A stretch of 64,000 nt of DNA. It comes from Patescibacteria group bacterium (GTDB lineage Bacteria > Patescibacteriota > Patescibacteriia > Patescibacteriales > UBA12075). Positions 34,205-44,328 of the stretch are shown here, in pieces (within the stretch, counting starts at the first letter, position 1; each line of letters starts with the position of its first letter). Position numbers and translations under genes: made by a program. Below the pieces are notes generated by a model that saw nothing but the letters and a program-made list of their open reading frames with translations, was not told where the DNA came from and made no database searches. The stretch is from assembly GCA_018897195.1 (NCBI GenBank), contig JAHILH010000001.1, positions 348,565 through 412,564 of the forward strand, given 5' to 3'.

Positions 34205-36418
34205 TTATTTCAAATTGTCCAAAAATTCTTTTGCGTACTGTTCGATCCCTGGGTCAAGTTTAACCGCCGCACCAACGGCCTCGATAGCCTTGTCTTTTTC
34301 GCCCCTCTGCGCATAAAGCTTGGCTAGATTTATCCAATTCGCCGACGTTGGCTCAAGTGTGACAATTCTTTTAGCTAATTTTTCAACACTTTCCCAGTCA
34401 TTTTTATCAACATATCGCTTAACTAAACTTCTTACATATCCAACTGGTGACAATAAATCGGCGCCACCGGCAGATTGCACACATTCATCCAAGTATCTAT
34501 AACCCTCTGTTTCCTTTTTTAAATAAATTAAAGTTTTACCAAGATAACAAGATGAGTCATAATAAGAGGGATGTAAATCATAGGCATAGCGCAAAGTTTC
34601 GAGAGCCTTATCTGTTTCTCCTTGTGTCATATAAACCTGCGCCTTCTGATAATAAACCGGCACTCGTCCTGGTGTTGCCTCAATTGATTTATTAATTGCT
34701 TCCAAGGCTCGACTAGAATAAAACATAAAACTCTCTGATCCAATCTGATAAATACTGGCGGCAGTATTTAAAACCTGCGCCAAGGCCATTTGATTCAAAC
34801 TATCATGGGTATTGTAAGCAACATTCTTCTCAGCCAAACTAATTATATAATCCATATACTCTTTCTTTTTTTCAACAGTCAAGCCAGTTAAACTATTAGG
34901 GTCTGAAAACATTCGAATCAAACTTGTTCGACTATCACGATCAAGAACAGTGTCATAGCTCAAGGCCTTCTTGTATGCCGCAATTAATAACTCGGGGTTT
35001 TTAGCCACCTTCTGGCCATCAATAGTACCAACCAACATCTTCCAGGGTTTAACATTATATTGATAAGCAATTGTCAACATAATAATCCCAGAAATCAACA
35101 AGGCATAAATCTCCTTATTGTCAAAAGTTGTGTCTCCACCATCAATATCACTTACACCATTTTCCACATCTTCACCTTTTTTATTTAACCAATAAACATA
35201 GCCCAAAGAAATCATTAACATTTGATAAGTTGGAAAAGAATCAAATACGGCTAGATTTTGAATAAAGTAACCAACAAAAAGAGAGGTTAAAATAATAAAC
35301 TCATGCAAATCAATATAATCTTTTCGATACCCTCTTATTAAATAATAAGCAAGGGCTACAAAAATAGATAAATACGTCAAAAGACCTAAGAAGCCAGTAG
35401 TGGACACAATATCGATTATATTATTATGGGCTCGATCAAAATAAGTATCACCTCTTGTAATATCATAAAAGGCCGGATCAAAATATTTATCAAAAATATA
35501 AGCATAATTACCATGACCAACGCCCAAGAACGGATGGTTTCTTAAATCCTTGATTCCGCCCCTCCATGAAATAAGGCGAGTTTGAAAAGTCGCCTTTTGA
35601 GTACTAATTGCACTGATATTACTAAATGGTGGCGTGTTTTTAACAAAATCACTATTCCTGTTCAAAAAGACAAAAGCTGTTAAAGCAATAAGAAAAACCA
35701 GAATTGAAAAAGTAGCAATACGTATTTTTTTATTTTTATACATGACGCCATAAAGAAATGCCATCAACATAAAACTAACACCCAAACCAACAAGCGCGCC
35801 AGTGGTTTGCAATTTCACAAATTCAAAATAAAAAATCAAATTCGGCAACAAATACAACCAGCGTAAACTGTTGTCTTTTTTTTCTTTTATAAATAAAAGA
35901 ATAGTGAAATAAATATTAAAAATTAAATAGCCACTAACATAAGCAGTGTTACCGATATAGCTATAAGCCTGCGCGCCCTCCCCAAGTCCGTTAAGACTGA
36001 CCAAGACAGCAATCACCAAAGATGTTACATATAACCACTTCCAATCAGTCCACGACTTAAAGGCTGTAATAATAACTAAATAAAGAATGAAAAAATGTAA
36101 AATATGAAAAGCACCCAACATTCTCTCAACATCGCCGAACATGCTTAAATTATAATCAACTCCGGTAAAAGATGAGATTATCATTATAGAGAAAAAGGCC
36201 ATCATGCCGAAAGTGATATATGACTTCTTGGGGCGATACTGCGGATATTTCACAACAAAGGCTACCAAAATAATAAATAAAACTTCCATTAAAATATTAA
36301 AAGGAATTTGCTTGGAAGTAATATAAGGGAATAAAAGATTCTTAAAAACGAAAAAAACGAAAAACAACGACACGTAAACGCCAATCTGTAAAATCTTTAA
36401 ATACATCTTTTGACTCAT
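34205..36418 (-). CDS. O-antigen ligase/polymerase-like (Wzy_C) polytopic membrane protein fused to a C-terminal TPR domain
   Basis: More than 10 TM segments with an HPFLGVGHGNYAYIF loop. The C-terminal ~280 aa contain TPR-like repeats (e.g. AQVYMTQGETDKALETLRYAYDLHPSYYDS, AKLYAQRGEKDKAIEAVGAAVKLDP). Confidence 0.7.
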   Translation of the reverse strand: MSQKMYLKILQIGVYVSLFFVFFVFKNLLFPYITSKQIPFNILMEVLFIILVAFVVKYPQYRPKKSYITFGMMAFFSIMIISSFTGVDYNLSMFGDVERMLGAFHILHFFILYLVIITAFKSWTDWKWLYVTSLVIAVLVSLNGLGEGAQAYSYIGNTAYVSGYLIFNIYFTILLFIKEKKDNSLRWLYLLPNLIFYFEFVKLQTTGALVGLGVSFMLMAFLYGVMYKNKKIRIATFSILVFLIALTAFVFLNRNSDFVKNTPPFSNISAISTQKATFQTRLISWRGGIKDLRNHPFLGVGHGNYAYIFDKYFDPAFYDITRGDTYFDRAHNNIIDIVSTTGFLGLLTYLSIFVALAYYLIRGYRKDYIDLHEFIILTSLFVGYFIQNLAVFDSFPTYQMLMISLGYVYWLNKKGEDVENGVSDIDGGDTTFDNKEIYALLISGIIMLTIAYQYNVKPWKMLVGTIDGQKVAKNPELLIAAYKKALSYDTVLDRDSRTSLIRMFSDPNSLTGLTVEKKKEYMDYIISLAEKNVAYNTHDSLNQMALAQVLNTAASIYQIGSESFMFYSSRALEAINKSIEATPGRVPVYYQKAQVYMTQGETDKALETLRYAYDLHPSYYDSSCYLGKTLIYLKKETEGYRYLDECVQSAGGADLLSPVGYVRSLVKRYVDKNDWESVEKLAKRIVTLEPTSANWINLAKLYAQRGEKDKAIEAVGAAVKLDPGIEQYAKEFLDNLK

Positions 36419-36580
36419 ACTTTTAACTACTACTCTAAAACAAACAACAAATTTTTATTTTAAAATAAAATGAATAATAATAGACAAAAAGCGATTTAAC
36501 TCTCGCTCTTTTATAAGTTTATAGTTAAATTATAGCAAAAAAAAAGCTAATGTCAAACAATATTTTTTTTATTTTAATTA

Positions 36581-36589
36581 TGTTATACT
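36581..36589 (+). promoter_or_regulatory. Extended -10 promoter element (TGtTATACT) 6 nt upstream of the ATG; leaderless arrangement
   Basis: taTGTTATACTttaaatATG: TATACT at 36584-36589, ATG at 36596. Same layout as at 3726-3741. Confidence 0.45.
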
Positions 36590-36595
36590 TTAAAT

Positions 36596-37609
36596 ATGAA
36601 GATATTATACATTATAACAAAGGGAGAAATTGGCGGAGCACAGCAAGTGGTGCTTAATTTAGCGCGTCAACAAAAAAAAGAAGGACACGACGTAGTTGTC
36701 GGCTGGGGCGACGGTGAGTCCCTAAGAAATGAGCTCCAAAAATCAAATATTGCGTATAAAAATTTCGCTTATTTAAAAAGGAGTTATAATCCCCTCTTTG
36801 TATTATTTTTTGTTTGGGAAATAAAAAAATATCTAAGCAATAATAATTTTGACCTAGTTCATTTCCACAGCTCCAATACACTGCCTGGAGCCATAGGCGT
36901 TAAAATTAGCAACAAAAAATCACCAAAAACTATTTTTACTTTTCACGGTCTTTCCGTTCTCGATCCAAACTATGAAACCAATACCTTAAAAAGGATTATT
37001 TTTTGGGTTTATTTTAAATTATTTCTACTTTTTATCGATGAGAATATATTTGTTTGTAATTACAATCTAGAGACGGCCAAAAAAATCAAATTAGTAAAAA
37101 ATGGAACAGTAATCTACAACTGGATTGATGAAAACGAATTAAAATTACTTCCGCGCGAAGAAGCGCGAAGAAGTATGGCCACGGAATACAAAATTACAAA
37201 TCTTGATAACAAATTTATTATCGGCTCAATTGGCAGACTGGCCTATCCAAAAAATTACGAATTTTTAATTAACATTTTTCCCAAAATATTAAAATTAAAG
37301 CCAAACGCGGTTTGCATAATTTTTGGCGAGGGGCCAGAAAGAGAAAAATATGAAAAGTTAATAAATAAATTTGAGTTATCTGATATTTTTTTTCTACCTG
37401 GAGAATTTAAAAACGCTATGGATTATCTAAAAGCTTTTGATTTGTTTGTCTTGCCATCTAAATACGAAGGAATGCCGATGGTTTTACTTGGAGCACTTAT
37501 TGCTGAAACAAAAATTCTTGCCAGCAATGTTGGTGGCAATAAAGAAATATTATCCGACAATCAACTTTATAACCTTGATGATGAAGAAACTTTTTTAAAA
37601 TTAATATAA
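36596..37609 (+). CDS. Glycosyltransferase family 4 (GT-B)
   Basis: KILYIITKGEIGGAQQVVLNLA and LPSKYEGMPMVLLGAL (E-x7-E region). Confidence 0.8.
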   Translation: MKILYIITKGEIGGAQQVVLNLARQQKKEGHDVVVGWGDGESLRNELQKSNIAYKNFAYLKRSYNPLFVLFFVWEIKKYLSNNNFDLVHFHSSNTLPGAIGVKISNKKSPKTIFTFHGLSVLDPNYETNTLKRIIFWVYFKLFLLFIDENIFVCNYNLETAKKIKLVKNGTVIYNWIDENELKLLPREEARRSMATEYKITNLDNKFIIGSIGRLAYPKNYEFLINIFPKILKLKPNAVCIIFGEGPEREKYEKLINKFELSDIFFLPGEFKNAMDYLKAFDLFVLPSKYEGMPMVLLGALIAETKILASNVGGNKEILSDNQLYNLDDEETFLKLI

Positions 37610-37616
37610 GTCAATC

Positions 37617-38711
37617 TTAGGACATAAATTCAACCAAACCCTCTGCCACCTTTTTCCAAGTAAAAACATTGTCGCCATAAAATTTAGCGCGTTTGCCCAT
37701 CTCCTCAATTCTAGAAGGATTGGCACATAAATAAACCATCTTCTCTAAAAGACTGTCCCCATCTCCTGGTTTAGCCAATAAACCATTATCACCCTCTATT
37801 ACCTGTTCTGCTAAACCAGTAAGGCTGGAAACAATTATTGGTAAACCAAATCCGAGGGACATACTTACGACGCCAGACTGGCTAGCTTTTGTGTATGGTA
37901 ACACCATAACATCTGCCTTGTTCAAAAAATTCATAATTTGCTCGTCTGTCAACCATTGGTTATAAATCTCAACCCCCAAGGTATTCATGGCCTTAATTTG
38001 TTCCGTGTTGATATTCCCTTGTCCGGCAACAATAAGCTTCGCATCGCTAAATTGTTTCTTTACCCCCGTAAAGGCTTCAAGTAAAACTTCAAGTCCCTTG
38101 TATTTCTCGATTCTTCCTAGAAATAAAAAAGTAACGCCAGCGGGCGGATATTTAATCGGTGTTCGACGATTGTAAAATTGATAAGACCCTAGTGGTAAAT
38201 GTTTAACTCTATCTTCTGGAAAAAATTCCTGAAGATTTTTTTTCATAAACTCACTGTGAACTATAATCTTGTCTGCATGTTTAAGAATAAATTTTTGTAA
38301 GAACACCATAATGTAATTATCTCTCTCTTTCGGTAAAAAAGGATTTTCATGTACCACATAAATAAAATTAAACCCAATTATTCTTTTTGCTAATACGACA
38401 AAAAACAACCAGGGATGAAAATGAGTCGCTACTATATTTTTAGCCTTCAAATAGTTTATCTGCCTAATAACAAAAAACCAACGTGAAGCCAAAAAAGTCC
38501 ACTTCACAAAATCGCCAACGGTTGATTTATAAGTATCACACCAGACAATTGACCGATAAATAGACTCTTCCTTGTTCCATTTGTCAGCCAACTCATTCTC
38601 TCGACTTAAAAAAACACTATGTTTAATTTCCAAGTCAACCAGGGCTGACGACAACTCAAAAGAATCGATTACACCAGCTCCTTTTTTTTGGAGAGAAAGC
38701 TGAATTAACAT
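37617..38711 (-). CDS. Glycosyltransferase group 1 (GT-B)
   Basis: FLFLGRIEKYKGLEVLLEAF and VLPYTKASQSGVVSMSLGFGLPIIVS. Confidence 0.8.
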   Translation of the reverse strand: MLIQLSLQKKGAGVIDSFELSSALVDLEIKHSVFLSRENELADKWNKEESIYRSIVWCDTYKSTVGDFVKWTFLASRWFFVIRQINYLKAKNIVATHFHPWLFFVVLAKRIIGFNFIYVVHENPFLPKERDNYIMVFLQKFILKHADKIIVHSEFMKKNLQEFFPEDRVKHLPLGSYQFYNRRTPIKYPPAGVTFLFLGRIEKYKGLEVLLEAFTGVKKQFSDAKLIVAGQGNINTEQIKAMNTLGVEIYNQWLTDEQIMNFLNKADVMVLPYTKASQSGVVSMSLGFGLPIIVSSLTGLAEQVIEGDNGLLAKPGDGDSLLEKMVYLCANPSRIEEMGKRAKFYGDNVFTWKKVAEGLVEFMS

Positions 38712-39415
38712 TTTGCTAAATATTCCGTTGGTTCAATCAACGTCAAGGAATAGCCAAGGCCTTCAAGAAACGCCTTGCATTGTACCTCTAACTCATCACT
38801 GTGCGTTGACAAGAACACAACCGGACGTTTTGACGCTAAGGTTTTTTTGGCACCATTAAAAGCCAACATTTCCGCACCCTCAACATCCAATTTAATAACA
38901 TCGGGATAAAGATTTTTACTTTCACAAAAATCATCGATACTAATAGCGCTAACATTATAAGTCCCCTCCTTGCTACTGATAGTATCAAGTACGCCTAGTT
39001 CATTCTCTTGAAGAAAAACCTCTCCACTAACATCACTTATGGCGCTATCTACAACTTCCACCTTGTCGGCGTTATTCAGTGACATATGTTTTTTTAAAAA
39101 TTCGACATTTCGACGTGACGGCTCAAATGCAAAAACCTTGCCCTCCTTCATATATTTATTCGCCAAAAGAGAATAATATCCAACATTAGATCCGATATCA
39201 AAAACAACTTTGGCATCCACAACGCTTGAAATAAAAAGTTTTACCTTTTTCTTTTCAAAGCTGCCGAAATAAAAGGAAGGAGCTGACGAAAAATAATCCC
39301 ATTTATGACCCCGCAATTCCCCAGTTAAAATAGATGAAATCTTACCCCTCTTTTTAAGAGAATTAAATAAACCAATAATAATCTTTTTCATTAATGAAAC
39401 TAAATAATTTTTCAT
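38705..39415 (-). CDS. FkbM-family SAM-dependent methyltransferase
   Basis: VFDIGSNVGYYSLLA ... AFEPSRRNVEFLKKHMSLNN. Confidence 0.8.
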   Translation of the reverse strand: MKNYLVSLMKKIIIGLFNSLKKRGKISSILTGELRGHKWDYFSSAPSFYFGSFEKKKVKLFISSVVDAKVVFDIGSNVGYYSLLANKYMKEGKVFAFEPSRRNVEFLKKHMSLNNADKVEVVDSAISDVSGEVFLQENELGVLDTISSKEGTYNVSAISIDDFCESKNLYPDVIKLDVEGAEMLAFNGAKKTLASKRPVVFLSTHSDELEVQCKAFLEGLGYSLTLIEPTEYLAKC

Positions 39416-39425
39416 AATATTTTTT

Positions 39426-40103
39426 TTAAATTAATTTATATAAATTCTCATATCCCAAATGAAATAGACCGTCAATTATAGAAAGGTTAGGCACAAACTC
39501 TTTACCAAATTGCGTATAGACTGGATGATTAAATTTTTGCCAAATAATTTTTAAACCCTCTTTTTCACAGCGTGCCTCATCTAAATAACTGCGAGCACCG
39601 CCACCACTAATATAAGTGTCGCAACCAACTGAGCGACAAATTTCAATTATTCCATCAGTACTTTTTTTGGCTCTATCAATAGAAAGCTCACTACTTGATA
39701 TGATTTTTTTTGCAGGATCAAACTTTTTAAAAATCATTTTCAATAACGCGGTATTTATATCCGTCAATTTTGCCAAATTTTCATCCAAATAAATTTTTTC
39801 CAAATCAGCGTAGATTTCCTTGAAAAAAGGTGCCTTGCGATATGTTTGCTGGATTAAGCCAAGGTGTTTTTTTACAAAATCACGATTGGCGATTTTTGCC
39901 TCGAGAATTAAATCACCCAGGTGAATCGAAACGGGAATGGTTATCCAGGCACCCTGATCACCGACTTTAATTTGATTTCGGTTGTGATAATCATTCTTGC
40001 TGTATTGAGCCGTATCGTATAACACAAAAACATCGGCCTGTTTGAATTTATTAAAAAAGCCCAAGTATGGTAAAAAATTTGGTTGATGGATTGTGCAAAT
40101 CAT
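39426..40103 (-). CDS. WbqC-like family protein
   Basis: MICTIHQPNFLPYLGFFNKFKQADVFVLYDTAQYSKNDYHNRNQI. Start set at ATG 40103, 1 nt downstream of the stop of the upstream gene. Confidence 0.75.
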   Translation of the reverse strand: MICTIHQPNFLPYLGFFNKFKQADVFVLYDTAQYSKNDYHNRNQIKVGDQGAWITIPVSIHLGDLILEAKIANRDFVKKHLGLIQQTYRKAPFFKEIYADLEKIYLDENLAKLTDINTALLKMIFKKFDPAKKIISSSELSIDRAKKSTDGIIEICRSVGCDTYISGGGARSYLDEARCEKEGLKIIWQKFNHPVYTQFGKEFVPNLSIIDGLFHLGYENLYKLI

Positions 40104-40104
40104 A

Positions 40105-40737
40105 TTAAACAATAAGTTGATGAATTTCAAAACCCTCGTAGTGTTTTCCGCCTTGGTAAATCTGAAATCCCAAAAATTCAGCCAAGCCCTTGATAGCACG
40201 GTCGGCCATATAAACATTCTCGCCCTGTGACACATGCAGTTGCACGGCTTGCATTTTAATATCTATGTGATTACTAATATCAACAAAAAATTTTGGATTA
40301 AAATCACGCGTTGACGATGGCGTTTGGTAAAAAAGAACGGCCGGAACAAAGCGCGCTGCCGATATTGCCGCCCTAGACGCATTACGATGATCCTGGTGCG
40401 TGTCATTGGTGGAATTCACGATAACTAATGTAGGTTTAAAATCATTAATCGCCTTTTCGATAATACTGATAGTTGTAACGCCATCTGATATTTTGGTATC
40501 TGGCAATTCGCCAAAATATGTTTTGGCTGACAATAACTTAGCTGACGCAATTGCCTCTTTTTTTCTCTTATTCTCCTTACTTTTTGCACCACCAAAACTT
40601 AAAACCACAAAACCGATTTTACTACCATTCGCATGATACTTTGCAAGCGTCCCAAAGCATCCAAGCTCAATATCGTCCGGATGCGGACCAATTGCTAAAA
40701 TTCTATCCATTATTTTATTATCATCTGTAATTTTCAT
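40105..40737 (-). CDS. PIG-L/LmbE-family N-acetylglucosaminyl deacetylase
   Basis: ILAIGPHPDDIELGCFGTLAK and THQDHRNAS. Confidence 0.85.
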   Translation of the reverse strand: MKITDDNKIMDRILAIGPHPDDIELGCFGTLAKYHANGSKIGFVVLSFGGAKSKENKRKKEAIASAKLLSAKTYFGELPDTKISDGVTTISIIEKAINDFKPTLVIVNSTNDTHQDHRNASRAAISAARFVPAVLFYQTPSSTRDFNPKFFVDISNHIDIKMQAVQLHVSQGENVYMADRAIKGLAEFLGFQIYQGGKHYEGFEIHQLIV

Positions 40738-41777
40738 ATTTTTTTAAAATTTAATAAATTATTATAATGAATCTTGGCAACTGACTCGCTGTCATGATTA
40801 TTTAAGATATACTGATAATTTTTTTCCACTATATCATTTTTAAATTTATCATCAGTTAGCAATTTTATCGCTAAACCTGGCATCTCCGCCACACTAGTTT
40901 TGAGCGTTTCATAATTATCAAAACTGACAAGCGGTCTCCTTAATGCCATAACTTGCATTGGCAAAAGGCTCAGGGCGCCAATGCTAAAATCACCAAAAAC
41001 TAAATCCGCACCTCGCAATTTAGCAGCGAGTTCCTCCTTGCTCATATAGCCATGCCAAAAATAAGTCTTAGAATCATTCAGCTTCCGTTTGTATAAATCT
41101 GTTAACTCTCCTGATGCGATCAAGTGAAGCGTAGCCTTGGAGAAATGTTTTTTTATTGTATTTTCAAAAATATCAATTGCTACTTCTGGTTTTTTGTCAC
41201 CATGCAAACGTGCAGCCAAGAAGCATGCCGGCTCACCTTCCAATTTAATTACTCCACCCTCTGGCACAAACAAAGAAGTATCAATCGGATTTGGTAACCA
41301 AGTTGGCTTTCTACCACACCACTTTGTAATCGGTTCCACTAAGTCCGGAGTCGAACAATAAAAAATATCGGCTAATTGAATATTTTTCTTAATCTTATTT
41401 TCAATTAATTTATCCAAAAATAAACCAAGGCGTTGCTTGGTCGGACTATGTAAATCTTTCAGATAAAGTTCGCCACAAACCCCGATGTCAAAACCATGGA
41501 TTTCAAATATGGAAATTTGCCCAGGAATTTTTTTAAATAACAAGAAGGCTTCAGCCCTATTTAGATGTATAATACCATAATTTTTCATTTTTCCAAAAAA
41601 ATAATAAAACCAAATAGTCGCCATATTCAAGGGAACGTATAAAAAAGCGGGTAGACGGACATTGGTTACACGAGGCGTAAAATCAAAGTCAAATTCCTTA
41701 TCAAGGTAGCGCTCAAAGAGCTGCTTTTGAAAAAAGAAAGAATTAATCATGTATTTAATTTTTTTAGTATTTGTCAT
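40734..41777 (-). CDS. Putative GT-B-fold glycosyltransferase (divergent)
   Basis: The C-terminal half (FWHGYMSKEELAAKLRGADLVFGDFSIGALSLLPMQVMALRRPLVSF) resembles GT1/GT4 C-domains. 4-nt overlaps with both neighbours. Confidence 0.4.
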   Translation of the reverse strand: MTNTKKIKYMINSFFFQKQLFERYLDKEFDFDFTPRVTNVRLPAFLYVPLNMATIWFYYFFGKMKNYGIIHLNRAEAFLLFKKIPGQISIFEIHGFDIGVCGELYLKDLHSPTKQRLGLFLDKLIENKIKKNIQLADIFYCSTPDLVEPITKWCGRKPTWLPNPIDTSLFVPEGGVIKLEGEPACFLAARLHGDKKPEVAIDIFENTIKKHFSKATLHLIASGELTDLYKRKLNDSKTYFWHGYMSKEELAAKLRGADLVFGDFSIGALSLLPMQVMALRRPLVSFDNYETLKTSVAEMPGLAIKLLTDDKFKNDIVEKNYQYILNNHDSESVAKIHYNNLLNFKKI

Positions 41778-43387
41778 TTTTTTTGATATATATAATAAGG
41801 AAAGGGATCGCGAAATGGAAAAATATTTTTTACGTTTGGAATAATTGCTATTTTTTCAAAACCAATTTGACGCAATTCCCCATCTATCATCTTTGGTGAT
41901 GCAAAATATGTTAATAATTTTCCAAAACTTTGATCAACCAATCTATAAGAATTTGATTTTAATAAGCCAATTATGTTTTTCCACGAAATGAGTAAATACC
42001 GGCGGTTAACACAAAGACTGTTGTGGGAAGAAAAAATAAAATATCCGCCTGGCTTTAATTTTTTATATATCTGATCAAGCGCTCGTCTTCTTTCAGATAA
42101 CGGATATAAATAGTCTAGTCCATTATAGGAAAAAAAGGCACAGTCTAGTGACCTATCCTGAATATTTTCATCAGTATCCAAATCTAATACATTCAAAACT
42201 TTAAAATAATCAACATATTTTCCCTTGTCAAAATTTTTAGCGCGATTTATTAAACCGTCAACAACGTCAATGCCCAAAATATTTTTATAACCATCTTTCG
42301 CTAAAAAAATAGTTGTTCTTCCGGCACCACACCCTATATCAAGAATTTTTGCATCAGGAGATAAATGAATTTGTGTAAAACATTCTTGTTCAGCTGGCAT
42401 TAAATAATGCTTACCGTCATAAACCATCAATGATCTTTTTACACTATAAGCCTCATTACTGGAAAAGACCTCATAAATATCAGACAAAATAAATTTCCAA
42501 TATAGTAATAAAGTAATCACCTGTTTTAATATTGTTTTTATTGCCAGTCCAACGCCAAATTTATTTTGAGAAAAATTTAATAGACGATATTTTTTTACAT
42601 ATTTATCATCAGAGAAAATAAACTGAAATCCTAGGGGCATATATAAAATCTTAGCGGCACTAATCATGGTGCCTGCCTCTTCGGTTAACCTACGACAATT
42701 GGCCGTTTCGGCTGGTAAAAAAATTGTCGGTTCTTTCCCAAAATGAACATACCGAGGATTATTAACTTCAAACTCATTTTTCAGCTCCTTATTAAGTCGA
42801 TCCATTAATGACCAAGAAACATCTATCGACCGTCGCAAAAGAAGCTCAACCTCTGCAAGTGTAATATCTGGATAACAATTACGCGCATCGACAATGTCTT
42901 TGTTCAAAAGAATTACTTCTTCAAAGTTTGCATACCCAAAAAACTCCACATATCGAAAATCATTTAAATTCTTCAGGATAGTTGCAATATTTTTTTCACG
43001 GGCGCGTTTTAACCGATAATAATTGCGCAAAAAACTCACAAAAAACATGCTAGCCATTTTGACTAAGTTAGCCTTCTTTAGGCTTGCCGGTTCGGTGGTT
43101 TTTACCATTAACTGTTCGCCAAATATTAATTCCATTTGCGAATATGAATAATATTGAGACTGATGGCCAAACTCCTCCCTGGTCACAATTCGACGAACAT
43201 CAACTAGTGGACTTAAATAAGAAAACCGCGCATTCAAGTTGATATTGGTTTTTTCCGAAGCAACTATCAGTATATCAATGTCAGACAATTCATTCCCGTC
43301 ATTAACACCAACCGAATAAACCGCAACCAATTTTAATTCATTGGCCAGGTTTATTATTTTTTCGATTGTTGAATCAAATTTATTCAT
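41774..43387 (-). CDS. Fusion protein: N-terminal Pol-beta-superfamily nucleotidyltransferase domain + C-terminal class I SAM methyltransferase
   Basis: NTase: VAVYSVGVNDGNELSDIDILIVAS (GS...DxD-type). MTase: ILDIGCGAGRTTIFLAKDGYKNILGIDVV and LKPGGYFIFSSHN. Confidence 0.65.
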   Translation of the reverse strand: MNKFDSTIEKIINLANELKLVAVYSVGVNDGNELSDIDILIVASEKTNINLNARFSYLSPLVDVRRIVTREEFGHQSQYYSYSQMELIFGEQLMVKTTEPASLKKANLVKMASMFFVSFLRNYYRLKRAREKNIATILKNLNDFRYVEFFGYANFEEVILLNKDIVDARNCYPDITLAEVELLLRRSIDVSWSLMDRLNKELKNEFEVNNPRYVHFGKEPTIFLPAETANCRRLTEEAGTMISAAKILYMPLGFQFIFSDDKYVKKYRLLNFSQNKFGVGLAIKTILKQVITLLLYWKFILSDIYEVFSSNEAYSVKRSLMVYDGKHYLMPAEQECFTQIHLSPDAKILDIGCGAGRTTIFLAKDGYKNILGIDVVDGLINRAKNFDKGKYVDYFKVLNVLDLDTDENIQDRSLDCAFFSYNGLDYLYPLSERRRALDQIYKKLKPGGYFIFSSHNSLCVNRRYLLISWKNIIGLLKSNSYRLVDQSFGKLLTYFASPKMIDGELRQIGFEKIAIIPNVKNIFPFRDPFPYYIYQKK

Positions 43388-44318
43388 CTTTTTTGAAAAA
43401 TAATTTCATAAATTTATTAGCATCCTTGTCAATCCTTGCACGATACGCAGGAATAATTTCTAATAATTTTTGCAAAGTTTCATTTCCTAACATAAACATA
43501 AAAGTGGGATTATATAATATATAGCCCGCAAATGGTCCATGCATTGGTAGTTCAGCTGTATAATTATTCACGGCAATAATTTGAGAAAAGGCATTCTCGG
43601 GGGAAATCTTTTCAATCACAGCCTCAGCCCCGCGACTTATAATATATAATTTTTTTATTAAGTAACTATCCAAACAATTATCGCCCGCGCCTTCCGTATA
43701 AAAATAAACTCTGTCACCGGAAATAACAACGTAGTTTTCCGTAAGTATTTTTGCCCCTGGATTATCTTTCATTAACTGCTTAATCAGAGTGCTTTTGCCA
43801 GCCCCTGGTAATCCTAAAAACACATATGCCTCGTTATTAACAGAAATTGCAGCCCCGGACAACACTTCTTTATTTTGGCCTTGTTTTATTTTCATGAAAA
43901 TTAAGTTTTGAATAATTAACCTGACTACAAATCTATAATAATGTTTTTGCGTATCAAGACCGCGGAAAAATAGCAAATTCGCAAAATGTTTAAATAAATT
44001 CTTTTTAAAACGCACTTCACTAGACCAAAGACTGTCTTCAAACTTAATCGTTGCATCAACTTCTTGATACTGAAAAACATAAGAACCTTTTTGCATCCCC
44101 GCCTTCTCGCCCAAAAATTCATCAAGTGATTCTGATTTTCTGTCCACCTTAAATCTAAAGCCTTTTTCAAAATTAAAAACTAAATCAATTACCGGCTCAC
44201 TTACCAAAGTAACTAGCTCGAAACCCTTGAAATACCTTTTTGTAAAATCTAAAAATGCATCATTATTTGAATTAATGCACACATTAATGCCCCAAAAATT
44301 TAAAATTAATTTTTCCAT
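43380..44318 (-). CDS. P-loop protein resembling HPr kinase-related (HprK C-terminal-like) kinases
   Basis: LSGAAISVNNEAYVFLGLPGAGKSTLIKQLMKD resembles the HxAAVxxxGxxxLxxGxSGxGKSTL block of HprK-related kinases. Start set at MEKLILNFWG (ATG 44318), 10 nt after the upstream stop. The 3' end overlaps the next gene by 8 nt. Confidence 0.4.
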   Translation of the reverse strand: MEKLILNFWGINVCINSNNDAFLDFTKRYFKGFELVTLVSEPVIDLVFNFEKGFRFKVDRKSESLDEFLGEKAGMQKGSYVFQYQEVDATIKFEDSLWSSEVRFKKNLFKHFANLLFFRGLDTQKHYYRFVVRLIIQNLIFMKIKQGQNKEVLSGAAISVNNEAYVFLGLPGAGKSTLIKQLMKDNPGAKILTENYVVISGDRVYFYTEGAGDNCLDSYLIKKLYIISRGAEAVIEKISPENAFSQIIAVNNYTAELPMHGPFAGYILYNPTFMFMLGNETLQKLLEIIPAYRARIDKDANKFMKLFFKKDE

Positions 44319-44328
44319 ATACTTGATA

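Noticed and set aside
32578-36595. Direct repeat of the tRNA-Ser 3' end (att site) at the far boundary of the glycan island
   Set aside because: I scanned the intergenic regions 32578-32804, 34131-34204 and 36419-36595 by eye for ggaaagggatttgaacc-like sequence and found none. A computed search is still advisable.
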